64,000 nt of DNA, taken from the NCBI GenBank assembly GCA_951406725.2, contig OX597816.1:101866001-101930000 (forward strand), given 5' to 3'. Positions 24,701-38,800 of the stretch are shown here, piece after piece. The notes below the pieces were generated by a model. It was not told the DNA's origin and did not search any database. It worked only from the letters and a program-made list of their open reading frames with translations. Within the stretch, counting starts at the first letter, position 1. The number at the start of each line of letters is the position of its first letter. Origin of the DNA: Octopus vulgaris (lineage: Eukaryota). The position numbers and the translations under genes were made by a program.

Positions 24701-26777
24701 AAGGAAAAGGAGAGAGAGAAATACAAGAGAAAGGAAAGGCAGAAAAAGAAAAATACAAGAGAAAGGAAAGGCAAAAGAAAAAGAGAAATACATGCAAAAG
24801 GAAACAGAAAAAGAAAAATAATGAATAAAGAGTAAAGAAGGTGATAAAAAAAGCAATAGCTTACCTTGTAAGAGAGACTGAAGACGCTGTGACACAGCAA
24901 ACAATTTATTTAATTTCTTCTTTAGTTTCAGCTGATGAGAAATATCATGGACACAGTCTTCAATCAGTTTCTCAATATCTGACAAATACAATGCGAGTTG
25001 CTTACTGACATTGTAGCTCTCAGACAGATGCTTCAGCAGTATTACCACTTCTGAGATAGTGCAGTTAGCTGAAGTCATCATTGATTGTTGCGGGCTTTTT
25101 AAGAGTTTACTAGATATTGCAGAATCATTATTAGCAGACAGAAGTAAAGTTTTGCTCTTTCGTGGAGAAGATTGTGGAGCAGGTTGGCTGGCATTAAGAT
25201 CAGTCAAATAACCTGATAAACACTCCTTACCAACACCAGACAACCGTTGTTCATTCTTATGAACAGCAAGTTCTGACTGCAAAGAGTTGATTATCTCAAG
25301 GTCTCGCTGAATCTGATCATTTAGTTCAGCCACTTGGCTCTTTAGTCTATGTACACTCTCTGTACACGCAGGTTGTTTACAATGAAAATCCAACTGAGTG
25401 TCATTAATTGTTTTAACCTGACCACCACCAGTTATCTTACAAGGAGGACAATCTTTGGAAAAGGGTGACTTTAAATATATACTTTTTTCTGAAGAATTTC
25501 GTGGAGATTTCCCAGTTTTCTCAAGAGCTTTTTTGTACCATTCAACCTCATTATTTTGCAGATTAATCACAGCATCCATTTCTTTTATTTTATCTTTTAA
25601 TTGCAAAACTTGAGTTTCTGAATCAAGCGGTTCATCCAATTCTTGGTAAGACTGACTTTTTAAAATGCTCGAGTTTCGTTCCTTCTTACTTCTTGAACGC
25701 CTATGATGTGCAGAGTTTTCTTTGTCAAAGGAAAATGAAGGGCTACTTCCAGCAATATAACCAGTTTTCATACATCGACAGTATCTTCGCTCTTCTCGGA
25801 GTTTGCGAATTTCTTTAGCCATGTGGATTATCAACTCTGGTTTAAAAGGTGGCTCTGAAGTATCATCTTGACTACTTATGGAAATTTGTTGTTTTAAAAT
25901 AGAAATAGTATTGCTGGCTTTGTTTAATTCCATTTTCAAATCAACTACTTCTTTTTTAAGTTGGTTTACGTCAGGAACATGTTTGGGGTCAATTTCTCCA
26001 ACATGATCTACCAGTCCTAGTTTTGTACGAAGTAGTTCATTTTCTTTATTCTTCTTATCAAGAAGTGTTTGTAAGACATCTAGTTGTAACTGGAAATGTT
26101 GCTGCTGCAGTGAGGATTTTGTTAAACTGTTGTTCTGTTGGGACAATGGCTTTTGTTCCGGATAAGATAGAGAAATGGATGGATTGCCTGAACATGACTG
26201 TTCATCTAATATAAATTGCTGAAGACTATGGCTTGTTGCTGGAGTGCTACAAGAGGTTGATCGAGTGCCAGACACCTTGAAATGTGATTTATTACCACTT
26301 ACAATAGGTTTAGGTAAACTTGCACCCAATTTTGATAGAGGCTTTGTAGTTTGACCATGCAAGTTAGCTATTTCCTCACTGCCACTACCATAGGTTTCAG
26401 TTGGACTCACATCCTGGGCTATGGACAAAGGCATTACTGGCACACCATTACCTGTAACATAAAAGAAACAAAATATTTACAATACTTAACAATAGTTACT
26501 ACAAGTGGTGGGTGTTGAAGGAAATACTAAGTAGTGGAGGCTATTCTGTGTGCCCTTTTTCTTGTATGTTTTTCTGCAGTAGTGATGGAATGATGGCACC
26601 GTTTTGTCTGAATTAGTACATTCTATGTATTGAGTAGTTTTTTTTTTCTTTTGTACATCTCCCCCAAACACATTTGGAATACCAATGGAGGGGGAAATAA
26701 AAATACTCAATAAAGGAGTAAATGCAGTAGAGTTTATTCATTTAAGCTGATGATTCACTTAGTTATAAACATATATG

Positions 26778-26815
<38 letters not shown>

Positions 26816-29800
26816 TATAATACAGACAATCAAAACTAATTTTACTAGTCAATTAATCAATCAAGAAATGAGTTTAATTCAAGAATGCAAGAGCTGATTT
26901 TGTATAATGTTATATCAATTTATTATTTTAGAATTAGTATGTAATATTAGAGTAAATTGAGGTAAAAATTAGCCAAAGCAATAGACAATAGTTGAATAAT
27001 TAAGATCGAAACAGAAAATTCCTGTATAACTTACTTGAATGGTCAAGAGACTGGCTGGATCGGTGATGAGAATCCAAGTCAGCTTTGAGTTGTCTAAACA
27101 TGTTTGAGCGTAGTTTATTATTTTGGTCAATTCCTTGCTCTAACTGTTGCCTTAAATTCTGTAGAGCTAACAATTCTCTCTCAACATGGCTGTACAAAAG
27201 AAAGATTAATGTGTGTCTATAATTAACTGCAATTTTCTTTCTTCTACATTTAACATTATTTTTACTGGTATTTATTTGCAGATGAAATATAAGTAGTAGT
27301 GTTACAATTACCTTGGCTCTTCAAAGGCACTTTTGCGTAGAGAAACCCAGATATTTTGTTCTGTTAGTAATGAATCTCTCAATGCTTTCATTTCTTCTAG
27401 CTGCTGCTGCATTAATTCCCACATCTGCTAGGGAAGTGGTAAAATTTACAATTAATTTTATTAGACCAAACAAATATATATTGGATGCGTAACTTGTATG
27501 TAAAGTAAAGTACAAGTGGCTGGGCAGAGGAGGAAAGGATGAGATTAGATCTCAATATGTTAGGTTTCATTGTTGTTATGATGATGCAGGAAAAGGTGAA
27601 TGGAAGTTTTCTACGCTTACAGGCCCCACCTGAGTATAGAACATTGGACAGTTAAACAATGATAGTGATGATAATGGTGATGATGATGATGATATAGCTG
27701 TTTAAACTGAATTTAAATCACATCAATCTCAGAGAGACTACAAAAGTTCAAGGGTGCAGACCTTCCTCCGGATTGTTATCACTTCCTCCACTTCAAAACT
27801 AGAAGGAAGGAAGGATCTCCATTGGTCATGAATGACCATTAGATTGTACCTAGAAAGTTGCCCTCCAAGGCACTAATCAGAGTAGCACAGGGTACTTAGT
27901 GCTAATTTTAAACAACATAAATTCCTGAAAATGATAGAGAACAGACAAATGTATTGGAGCAAAGGCCATGGCAGTGAGAAAGTTGAGAATATCAATTTCT
28001 AACATTGGCATAGAGTTATAAATTTGTAGGGAAACGGACTAGTGAATACAGTTAACTTCAATATATAACAAACACCTATTTTATTGACCCTGGAAAAATA
28101 ACATTAAATAGTGATAAGTCATATAATCCAGCAAATCACCATTTCAGCTCCTTCACTCTTCATGTAAAGTCACAATAATAATAATAAGTACTAGTCTTTT
28201 TGAGTATCATAATTTATGAAAATTAAAATGAATAATTAAGATTACTGACCTTCTGATCAGATTCTTTGACACTGCTGCGACAAGGTGAACTAGCTTCAGA
28301 TGCACGATCTCTCATGTGAACATATTCTTTCCGCAGTTCCAGCAATGCTTGATTTTCTCGTTCAAGTTCCATCATACGTCCTCGCATCTTTTCCTATGAA
28401 CAAAAACATAAAATATAATTTGACATAAGATATGATTTAAAACTAAATTCTCACAAGTCTTGATTTTGTGAGGCTACTATCCTCTGGAAATACAAATTAG
28501 CAAAATACTTTTCTAGAACTCAGCAATAACAATATAAGAAACATAATATGCAAGTCCTAAAGCCATACCAAAAAGCTAACAGTTGCAACCTTATTTTTGA
28601 TAATGATTTAAAATATATTTTTGAGAGAATAAATAATAAAAAACACAAGGATAACAAACAAATATTAATATTACAAGAATGTAATGTAAAATTAGTGGCA
28701 AATTTTGCCCAAAGTGACTTCACTTGTGATGGATTATCACAAGAAATATTAGCATTAAGATAAAATTTATTGTGATATTGCATGTGTACTTTACTGCAAG
28801 TTGTTGGTCACTGGTGGAAAGTTAGTTGCAGAAGTGTGACTAAATGGAATGAGAAAAGGAAGAAGAATGTAATTGATTGAAGAGATGATGGTTGTAGCTA
28901 GCAAAGTTTAAACCATTCTAACAATGAGGATCAATCAATTTCTGTGAAACAAAACAACCAGTGTAATGCAGGTGACTATTTAGATCAGAGAATGAAGGTA
29001 ATAACAACTTAGTAGAATTCTAAAAAGACATATGGTCAAAAGTTGCAGTAAGGTAAATGTCAAATTCATCTCCTAAAACAAAATTTACTGAGAAAAATAT
29101 TAATCTGGATTAGATTGATTATATTTTTAACAGCTTATTTTGTACAGCTGGCAACAGTTATAGAGTTCAGATAAAGAACATTTGCCCCAATAGTATGCTG
29201 ATATCTATATTTGAAAAAAAACATGCTATCATAGCAAAAATGGGTATAAAATAAAAGAGAGGTAACAGCAAAAATAAGTTGAAAGAATTAAAGCCAAGAA
29301 ACTTGAATTTTTAATGATGAAAGGAAAATTTTTTTGAACTGTATATCCATAACTTTACAGGAAATACCATTTGAAGAATTTATCTTCATGTAGAATAAAC
29401 TAGTACAGGTCAATCTGGTACAGACCAGCTATCTTCAAAGAAAAACATCTAAATTTATGTTTCAGCTACATTTTTTTTTTACATGACAATTCAGTGTCAG
29501 GGTTTTCTGTACTAGATGAGAATGAATAAAGATAATTATGATAAGGAAGAACACCATCATCAACATCAAAACATATGCACACACCATTTACATGCTGCAG
29601 GAAAATTAATTTCAAATTACAAATCAAACAGTTGCAGGGAGCCCTGTTTTTTAAATTTTGATAATGTTCCTATAGTAAAAAGAACTTACAGTATCCATTC
29701 GAGCCTTATGTTCAAAGTTCCATGCAGTAAAGAGTTCCTAAAGAAAAAGAAGAAAAGGACAATGATCAATTAACTTATTTCAAGCAGTAATCAACAAATC

Positions 29801-32800
29801 AAAAATAAATTTTCCTAAAAGTTAGTAGACCCAAAGGTAATAATTTTTATGAGATGAAAGTTCTTGGAATAGGATTAACTTCCAAAAGAACACAGCAATC
29901 CATCGATTTCAATCTGTTCTTCTGAAGACTAATTAATATATTTACGTAAAACAGAAATCTATAAAGTTATTAAATATATAAAGGCTGTTATACTTGTGAT
30001 TTAAGACAGCAGAAAATGTTTTTATAATGTAGATTTTGTTTTATAATAGAGTATAATCAGAAAAGGGAGGGTAGTGCTCAAGACCTCTGAAATTGGTAAG
30101 CAGAAGAGAGGAATACACCAAAGGCACACTAAGGTATTGAGGTATCTTTAGATTGGAGACATGTACCAAATGTTTGCAACTTGGTTAACAGTAATCACAG
30201 GCCAGGTGGTAACATTAAACCAAGAAATGGATTTATTAGTTTTATCACACCCAAATAACTTTAGTTCAATGGGTTTCTGCATGGTTTCCATCTATCTACG
30301 GTTTTGGTCAATTTGAGGCGATGGTGGAAGATACTTACCTTAGGTGCTGTGCAGAGGGATCAGAATAATTAATCACATGACTGTCAGTGCCCCCACTTTA
30401 TTACATTTTACTTACATAAACACAAACGCACAAGTGTGCATGTGTGTATGCAAGAGCACCAACAATGATGAAAATAGAACACAACAGTATTATGCCTTAC
30501 CTCTTTAGCCTTTTTAAGTTGTTCCTCAAGGTTCTGTAATTTCTCATTAACTAAAATAAAATAATAAACACTATATAAAATATCCATTGTCATCAGTTGA
30601 CAAGAATTATAATGGTAATTTAAAAGGTTTCAGAAGCTTTGATTGTTCTACATTCATTTTCTATGCTAGCATGGGTTAGATGCATATATTACTGAGACAT
30701 TGTTCTCCAACTGAGTATTTTTCTTGTCACTAATCCATGATTTTTAAGCAGGAAATAAATTTAATAATTTGTTTGATCATGGAGAAAAGTTCAAGTCTGC
30801 CTTGAGCCTATGTTGGTCTCTATAATATTTAAATGACTTAAAAGCTCCCCTCTTAGCAGGTCACTAATCCATTGCAGGGACATTCCATACCATGTTCAAC
30901 TATGACTGGTTGTCCTATGTTTTCATCATCATCATCATCATCATCGTTTAACGTCCGTTTTCCGTGCTAGCACGGGTTGGACAGTTCGACCAGGGTCTGG
31001 GAAGCCAGGAGGCTGCACCAGGCTCCAGTCTGATCTGGCAGAGTTTCTACAGCTGGATGCCCTTCCTAACGCCAACCACTCTGCGAGTGTAGGGTTAGGA
31101 TTATATATATATATATATTTGCCAAGAACAATGTGTTCTGACATGAGAGGGAATAGTTGGTATTAATTAATCTTAATGGTGGTTAAAAAATATCATTGAT
31201 CTTTATCAGATTTGAACACTGAAAAACAAGGCACAATGAAGTAAATACTTTAAAACATCTAGTTACCAATTCTGCTTTCTAACTATTTGTATAAATTTAA
31301 AAACTAGAAAATGATCTTGTATTCAGCAAGTATTTTTTAAATCTTGGAATATTAATACACAGTAAGTTAGCTAAAACCTTTCTCTTTCAACTTTTGAAGT
31401 TTATTACTGGTGTATCTTATTAGTGAGTTCCAACTTCAGATATCATATCCCATTGAGTTAAATGAAAATCTTACAGACTTTTATTATCAGTGATAGCTAC
31501 TGAATACAGACTTTGAGTTTTATTTAGGCAAAAGGACTTCTTATGTTAAAAGAGGTCGAGCAAACAGCAGTTTGTAAGTATGTAAAACGTAATATATTAC
31601 TGATGCATATTTTCTTAGGTCTCATAAAAGATATAGAATTGAAATCCCACCAGCATTTAAACTCAGAAACTAAAGCACTTTACTCTAGCCCCACGGAAAT
31701 ACTTTAGTCCTTTTTCAAATTTCTAGAATCTTGGAGTTAGTGTTCTTAAATGGTTCCAGCAGTGTGAAGTAGATGTGTGCCATATCTTTCCTTGGATAAG
31801 ATATAAATCTATCACAAATGGTTTTACATGGGGAAGACATTAAACTTGGCACTTCAAGCCAATGAACAGTTTATCAATTTTATATTGTTGCTATTTACAC
31901 TGATGAATGATTTACTGTGGTAGCTTTCTACAGCAATGTAGCCTCAGCAGTTGTGAGCTAAATGTAATGAACCATGAACTCACTAACACTGGCTAAATAT
32001 GAATGAATCCAATACTCCACTGACTATCTACAGTCTTTGGATTATGTTGAGCATTTCAATTAGAAATAAAAACGTGCAACAAAAACAATGAAAGACTTAC
32101 CTTCAGGAACAGAATCATTGTCTTGGTACTTCCGGAGTTCATCCTGAATATACTGGAATTCTATAGACATTGTTTGTTGTTTGGCAGCTTCTTGTGAATT
32201 GGATTCCTGAAGTTGACGGATGAGAGACTCTTTCTGCTGACAGCTATCCACCAGTGTCTGAAGCAAGCATCATTATATAATACATTGTTAATGAATTCTA
32301 AAGATAGATATCATATATTAGTTATAACAGTAAACTATAAAACACATTTATGTTAAAACTTCAGTTCAATAGTGAACTTTATATTTTGAGGTGACCATAC
32401 TTGGGTGCACTGAAGACATATATCACATATATGTGCACACACACACGCATAAACATATTGTTTTACTGGGGAGCATTCCTAATCTTGTGGGCTCATGGGT
32501 GCTGGTGCCATGTAAAAAGCACCTGTACTGGTACCACATAAATGCACCCATGCTGGTGCTGTATAAAAGCACCTAGTACAATCTGTAAAATGGTTGGTGT
32601 TAGGAAGGTTATCCAGCTGTAGAATCCATGCCAAAACAGACATAGAACCTGGGCAGCCCTTCAGCTAGTCAGTTCCTGTCAAACAGTCCAACCAATGCCA
32701 GAATGGAAAATGGATATTAAATGATGATGATAATGGTGATTGCACTCAGCCAGCTTGGTTGGGGTTGTACTTGGGTACCACCATCAATGCAGCCTGCATT

Positions 32801-35800
32801 TAGCATTTATTTGGTAAATGATATTTGATGCCTGTATGCTCAGATGTGTCTTGCTGTGTGATACTGATCAATCAGCATCTTTTAGAGTAGAATACTTTTT
32901 GACATTTTTACTATGCAGAATCTTATGATTTTGTAGGAGGCTACTGAAGAGCAAAGTCTGGCCCAAAGTTTTCACACTGTTACCATTTTAGCAATATGTG
33001 TAAGAAATGTTACTCTATTAGCACAGGGTTTAACTACAGCACATTTAAAGGGGAAAAAAAGCCTCCTATATACCTTTATTGTTTTATCTCTATCTTCCAG
33101 TGAAGAACGCAACTTTTTCAATTCTGTTTCTTGCATCTTTTCAATAAGTGCAGAATTAGCTTCTAAAGTCTGCAAATAAGAAAAGATATCAATAAGAAAA
33201 GACTTTAAATGAAAAAAATTAATAAACAGCTCAGTTGATGATATTGTTATAATGTAAATAGATTGCTGTTGAAAGGAGAAAATAATCAAAATTCACCTCC
33301 CCGCCAGAAGGTTTAGAAGTCAGAAACACATGATGCTGAAACACATACTGTAAAACAACTTCTATACATACAAATTCCATCAACTTGCTATTATAGTTCA
33401 ACATACCTGAATCTCATAATCTTTGCGGCTGATTTCCAAGCGTAACTTCTGCAGTTCCCTGATTTTGTCGGCCATCTCTAAGTTCTGTTTATCAATTAGA
33501 TTCTGAATAAAAAAAAAATTAAAAAATATTTTTCATAATTGTTTCTACTCCACTGTCACAGACTACAAAAAACAAAGACAAACTATGCTTCAATAATTTT
33601 AATGATAAAGATGGATGAAACCAAATTCATTGATAATCTTCAAGGGCCACCTTTTAAGTTACAATGCAACTTAATTATACTAGGAGTCCTACCAATAAAA
33701 TCACTGGTATCAAATGATTTGCCACTAAGATTAGTAAATTCAATTTTAACCTCAGGGAATGTGTGTGTGTATATATGTATGTATATATATATATTTAACC
33801 AATAAATGACAATGTGAGATTGTACAAATGATGATGTTAATATTCCATACAGATTTAGCATTAAGCCATTTCAAGCAGTATCAGTAATTCAGTGATAACA
33901 ACTGAGATTAGTAATATCAATTAATTCATTAGTATTTCAGTGACATCTCATTCTAAAAATGTAGTTTAGCAATATTGCTTCTGTTTATTTCTTTATTTAT
34001 TTGAGTTAGCATATATAACATCATTTTCAGTTACATTTCCAAAACTGACAGATTCATAATAGATTAAACTCTAATTTCATCTCCCAGAATACTGAAAACT
34101 AACACTATGATATAGTTATATACAACTGAAATTCAAATCCAGATAGCAATACATTACCTATTGAACTATAGTTATAGTTTAGATGAGACAAAACTTAAGG
34201 TAACTGTAGGTACATGCCACTTCACCAGATGTTCTCAGCTCCAAAGCTTACCAATTTATCAAATATGTTACGGAAGTAGAATATGTTAAAAAATTTTTTT
34301 TATAAAACACACACCTTGATATCAGAATCTTTCATTTTCAACTTATCAAGTAAGTCATGTGAAGACTTTTCATTACCAAGAGCTGACTTTTTCTTCTCTT
34401 CCATCAGTTCCTACACAACAAAAACAAAACAAATGAAAAAAGTTTCGTAAATATATTTTTTTTCTTTTATATTATATAGAGTCTGCCAGCAATAATTCCC
34501 CTCTCTCTAACTTTCACACCCCACTTATATATATATATAGGAATTAACAGCAAGAACAAACATTATATCAGGGCAGTATGTGTTCTTTACACTTGTTCAG
34601 CTAACCCCAGTTTAGACTAGAATGAAAAGACCTATGGTCAAAGGTAATACAGCCATAACCACAGTAATCTAGCATGGCCATAGTCATGACAACTAAAGCA
34701 AACTAAAGAACTATCCAATCTTTTTCAGAGAGTATAACTAGGATAACATTCGTTCCTTTTTGAAGGTGAAAACAGCTCTACCAGACTTCTCTCTTTCATA
34801 CACAAACACATTATATATAATTATCATAAATGGTTTTAGTTCTCACCTGTAAAAGTTGGTCTTTGGCTAACATCCGCTTTTCCAGTTCAACAACTTTGTT
34901 TTCTGAATCTGATACATGCAAACGTAAGGACTCCTAGTAATAAAAAGATAATTTAGATTTATTTTTAACAGCTCACTCAGCAGAATACAATTTTTTCAAA
35001 CAAATTAAATGAAATAATATTTATTACCGTTTTTACATCCAGTTTCTTCTATTTTTGCATGGTTTAGATGGATCTTCTCCAACAGCATTTGTCAGAGTCA
35101 TTTGTTACCCCCTTTGTGAGGTTCAACCTCTTGAAATTGTTTTCCATCACTTCTGCAGGTTCTTTTTATGTGGATCTCTTGCACCTTTTTAATCAACTGT
35201 TATCCTCCACATGCATCACATGCCCATACGATTTGCACCCCATCATTCAGTGCACACCAACATTACACAGCCAGTGGAACATAGTCATTTAATTTTTTTT
35301 CCAGCCCAGCCTTCACATGTCCTCCACATTCAATGTTCATGTTTCACAACCAAGCAATGATCACACAAGCATCATACACAAGCATCATACAATTTACTCC
35401 TCATTCAGAAAAAGAAATTCTTTTTTTGTTAGTAGAGATAATAGCTCCTTAAATATTTTCCAGTTAATTTTAAATTCTGCACTTTCAGAGCTAGCTCTAC
35501 TATTAGTTAGATCACCTATGTAAGAGAAGCTATCTATAACTCCTATGGAACCTTCTGAGCATTTGAAAGAATTGTAACAACTCCAGTGTATCTGCCACAT
35601 AGGGAAGCTTTGTTTTCTGTTAACCTGCTTTTAATCCCATTATACCTCTTGTGCATGATCTCTCACATCTATATTACCAAGAGTGTGAAGTTTTTCCAGA
35701 GTAAGTAGAGTAGACATGTAGATTTTAATACTTGTGTATGAATTGTTGCATAGATTCTCATGTCCAAATTTTAACTACTTAAAGTAGTTTTATGGATGTT

Positions 35801-38800
35801 ATGCAGTACTTCATATAATTGCCAAACTTAATACCAGGAAAAGGTGCAAAAAATAAATAAATAAATAAAAAGACACTAGTGCACCAGATTGAATATTTTA
35901 TCCCAATCAATATAGCAGAATACATTCACAAGTCTCCCATACATTACACACAAAATAAAACAGTAATGCAAACAGTAACAAGCAGTTTTCTGAAAATTCA
36001 CTTCTTCATTATGTAGTGAATGCAATTAATTATTGATTCACCAGGTTTTTGATTAATCTAGAAAATGACTTTACCTCTAAAGCATTGTTTTTAGCTGTGA
36101 TAGCATTCTGGAGGTGTTGTATTAAGTCATCTTTCTCCTCCATTATTCGGGAATGGTTCTCAGTCTGCTCCTGCAAAACAATTCGATAAATTTCAATATC
36201 AAATAGTCTTTTACATATTAGCAATAACATTTTAAATCTTACAGAAGGATAGAAATTCTGTTAAATAAAGAAGTATTGACTCAGTTGGGGGAAAATACTA
36301 ACACAACAAAAAAGAGAGGTACTGACAATGTACAACAAGGAGAGATTGAAATATCATAATAAAGAGATATAACACATAAGATTTAAAAAGTCTTGAGACA
36401 TTAAACTCGGCAGTATAAAGAGATAATTATACAGCAAAGTAAAATGACATCTGTTCATTAAGAAGGGAATTATATATCTTCAATTAAGTAAAGAGATACC
36501 TACTGATCTATGAAAATAAGATGGATTTATAGCAAAGAAAGCCTATGGTGTATAAAAGGATGTTATATACAGTAGAAGCAAATATTTTAGATTTAAATGA
36601 ATTCATGTAGCAATATGTTGTGCATTGATTGTAAAGATTGTTTTTGACTAAAAAGAATGATAACACAAACCCATCAATTCTATTGAATATAGTCAACTAC
36701 AAGTAACAGAAAACTTCACACTTACCTTGTGAACATTTTGAGCAGCTTTGAGGGCAGCTGAAAGTTTGTTGATATTCAAATCCTTCATTTTACTTTGTTT
36801 TCCAATCATCTAGCAACAAAAGAAGGTAAACCCAAAACATGTTAAAATAAGCAAATACATAAAAAGGAATAAATAACCACATTTCTCAAAGGCTTTAAAA
36901 AATATTTCCCATGATCATGTCAAATGCTAAATTTTAATATCTTAGGGTATTTAAGGTTCATAGTTTAATGATAAAATATGTGTGTGTGTTTAATTATTGC
37001 TATATCTAAACAATATCTCTTATATATGTTTAGACACAAGACAATCTATCCACAAACTATTTAATTAATGACAATAAATTGAGTTGGTTCACATTTTAGT
37101 AACATAGAAAAAAACAGGTTTTGTTTGACTAATTTAAAGATGACACATGGTATTAAAAATATAGTCTTCAGAGGTGCTCAATAGCTCAAAGACTAACAAA
37201 ACCTATAACACTTATTTTTTTACTATTCTTTGAAGTATTGCTTAAAAATACAAGATTAATTATTTGAATAATTAGCAAATGTCTGAATTTACTTAAATCC
37301 AACACCCTTATATGTGAACATAAAAACATTTGAAGGCTAGACCAAAAATGAAACAGGAAAAGAGAGAGCAGGAAGAAAAATAAAATTAAATAATATCATC
37401 AATAGTTGCCATAAATATCAATATGTAAATAAATGCATGATCAAACTGACTCCAAGAATTGCATGAACTTACATCAATAGTTTCTTGTGCACTCAGTAAC
37501 ATATGATTAGCTTTTTCCAAGTTGCTGTCTCTTTCTCGCAGAGCTAGACGTAGCTGTTGAATTTCCATGTTAAATTCTTCCTCAAGATGAATTTGATCCG
37601 ACAGAGTTTTCTGGAAAAGAAAAATGCATTTATTTGTTTGCTAATAATTAATAATTGTTCACTTCAAGTTTTATCATTTATATCAATGATACTATCAGTG
37701 TAATAAAATTATGAAAAAAAATTTAGCTAACAAATCAAATTAGCTGGTGTTGGTTGAGACAGTCAACTGTTTATTTCCTCTAAATATAACGCCTTATATC
37801 TATGTAAGAAATAAATATAATAGATATGTGCTGGTGCCATGTATAAAGCACTGGTGCTAGCACGCAGTAAGCTCTGTAAAGTGGTTGGCATTAGGAAGGG
37901 TATCCAACAATAAAAGCTGTGTCAAAATAGATAACTGGAGCCTGATGCAACTCTCCAGCTGACCAGCTCCTGTAAACTGTCTAATGCCTGCTCACATGGA
38001 AAACAGATGTTAAATGATGATGATGGGATGAGATAAAATAAGGATAATGATGATGGGATGAGATTAAAAAAAAACTACCTGTAAAGACTCTTCTTTTTCT
38101 TTTAACCTCTCCTCAAGACTTTCAATAACTCCACTTTTCATCTAGGTAAAATAAAAAATAAAATAAAAACAAATATATAAATAATGAAACAAAAATAAAA
38201 ATTCTTTCACAGAGTAGATTTCCAAAATTTCCCAATTACCATGAGGAAGACTCTACACCGACACATAGAAAAAACAGCTACAGCCTACAAAGCACACCCT
38301 ATTGTTTTAATATGAAGGACACATTGGCTAATGTAGTTCTACCTATGCATAAATACAGGATGTGCGAATGGAAAGCTTTTGGCCATGGTCTGTCCAAATA
38401 ATGGTGTTAAACATAACAATTACAGCAAATACTGCTTTTTGAGGTTATTCTTCTTTTCATTTCACTTGTTGAGTCAGGAAGATGAGATCCTCTGAGATTG
38501 GTAAGTTTGATGCCATTAATGTTTCATTTAAACTGTTGCAGGTCAACACCTGCTGGAAAGACTTGAACAGGAAAATTCCAGAGGGGTGTGTAGGGGCTGG
38601 GTATAATGGTTAGTGAGGAATATAGGAGGTTAAACATCCTAAGTGTGATAAGTTGTCATTCAATGTCAAGACAAGCATACACACACACAATGGGCTTCTT
38701 TTAATTTCTGTCAACCAAATCCACTCACAAGGCTTTGGTTGCTGAGGGCTACAGAAGACACTTGCCCAAGTTACCACATAGTGGGACTGAATCTAAAATC

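Noticed and set aside
24518-26443. Stand-alone 641-aa single-exon gene
   Set aside because: It begins at GTG and has phase-compatible splice sites at 26451 and 24865, so it is an internal exon plus intronic read-through.
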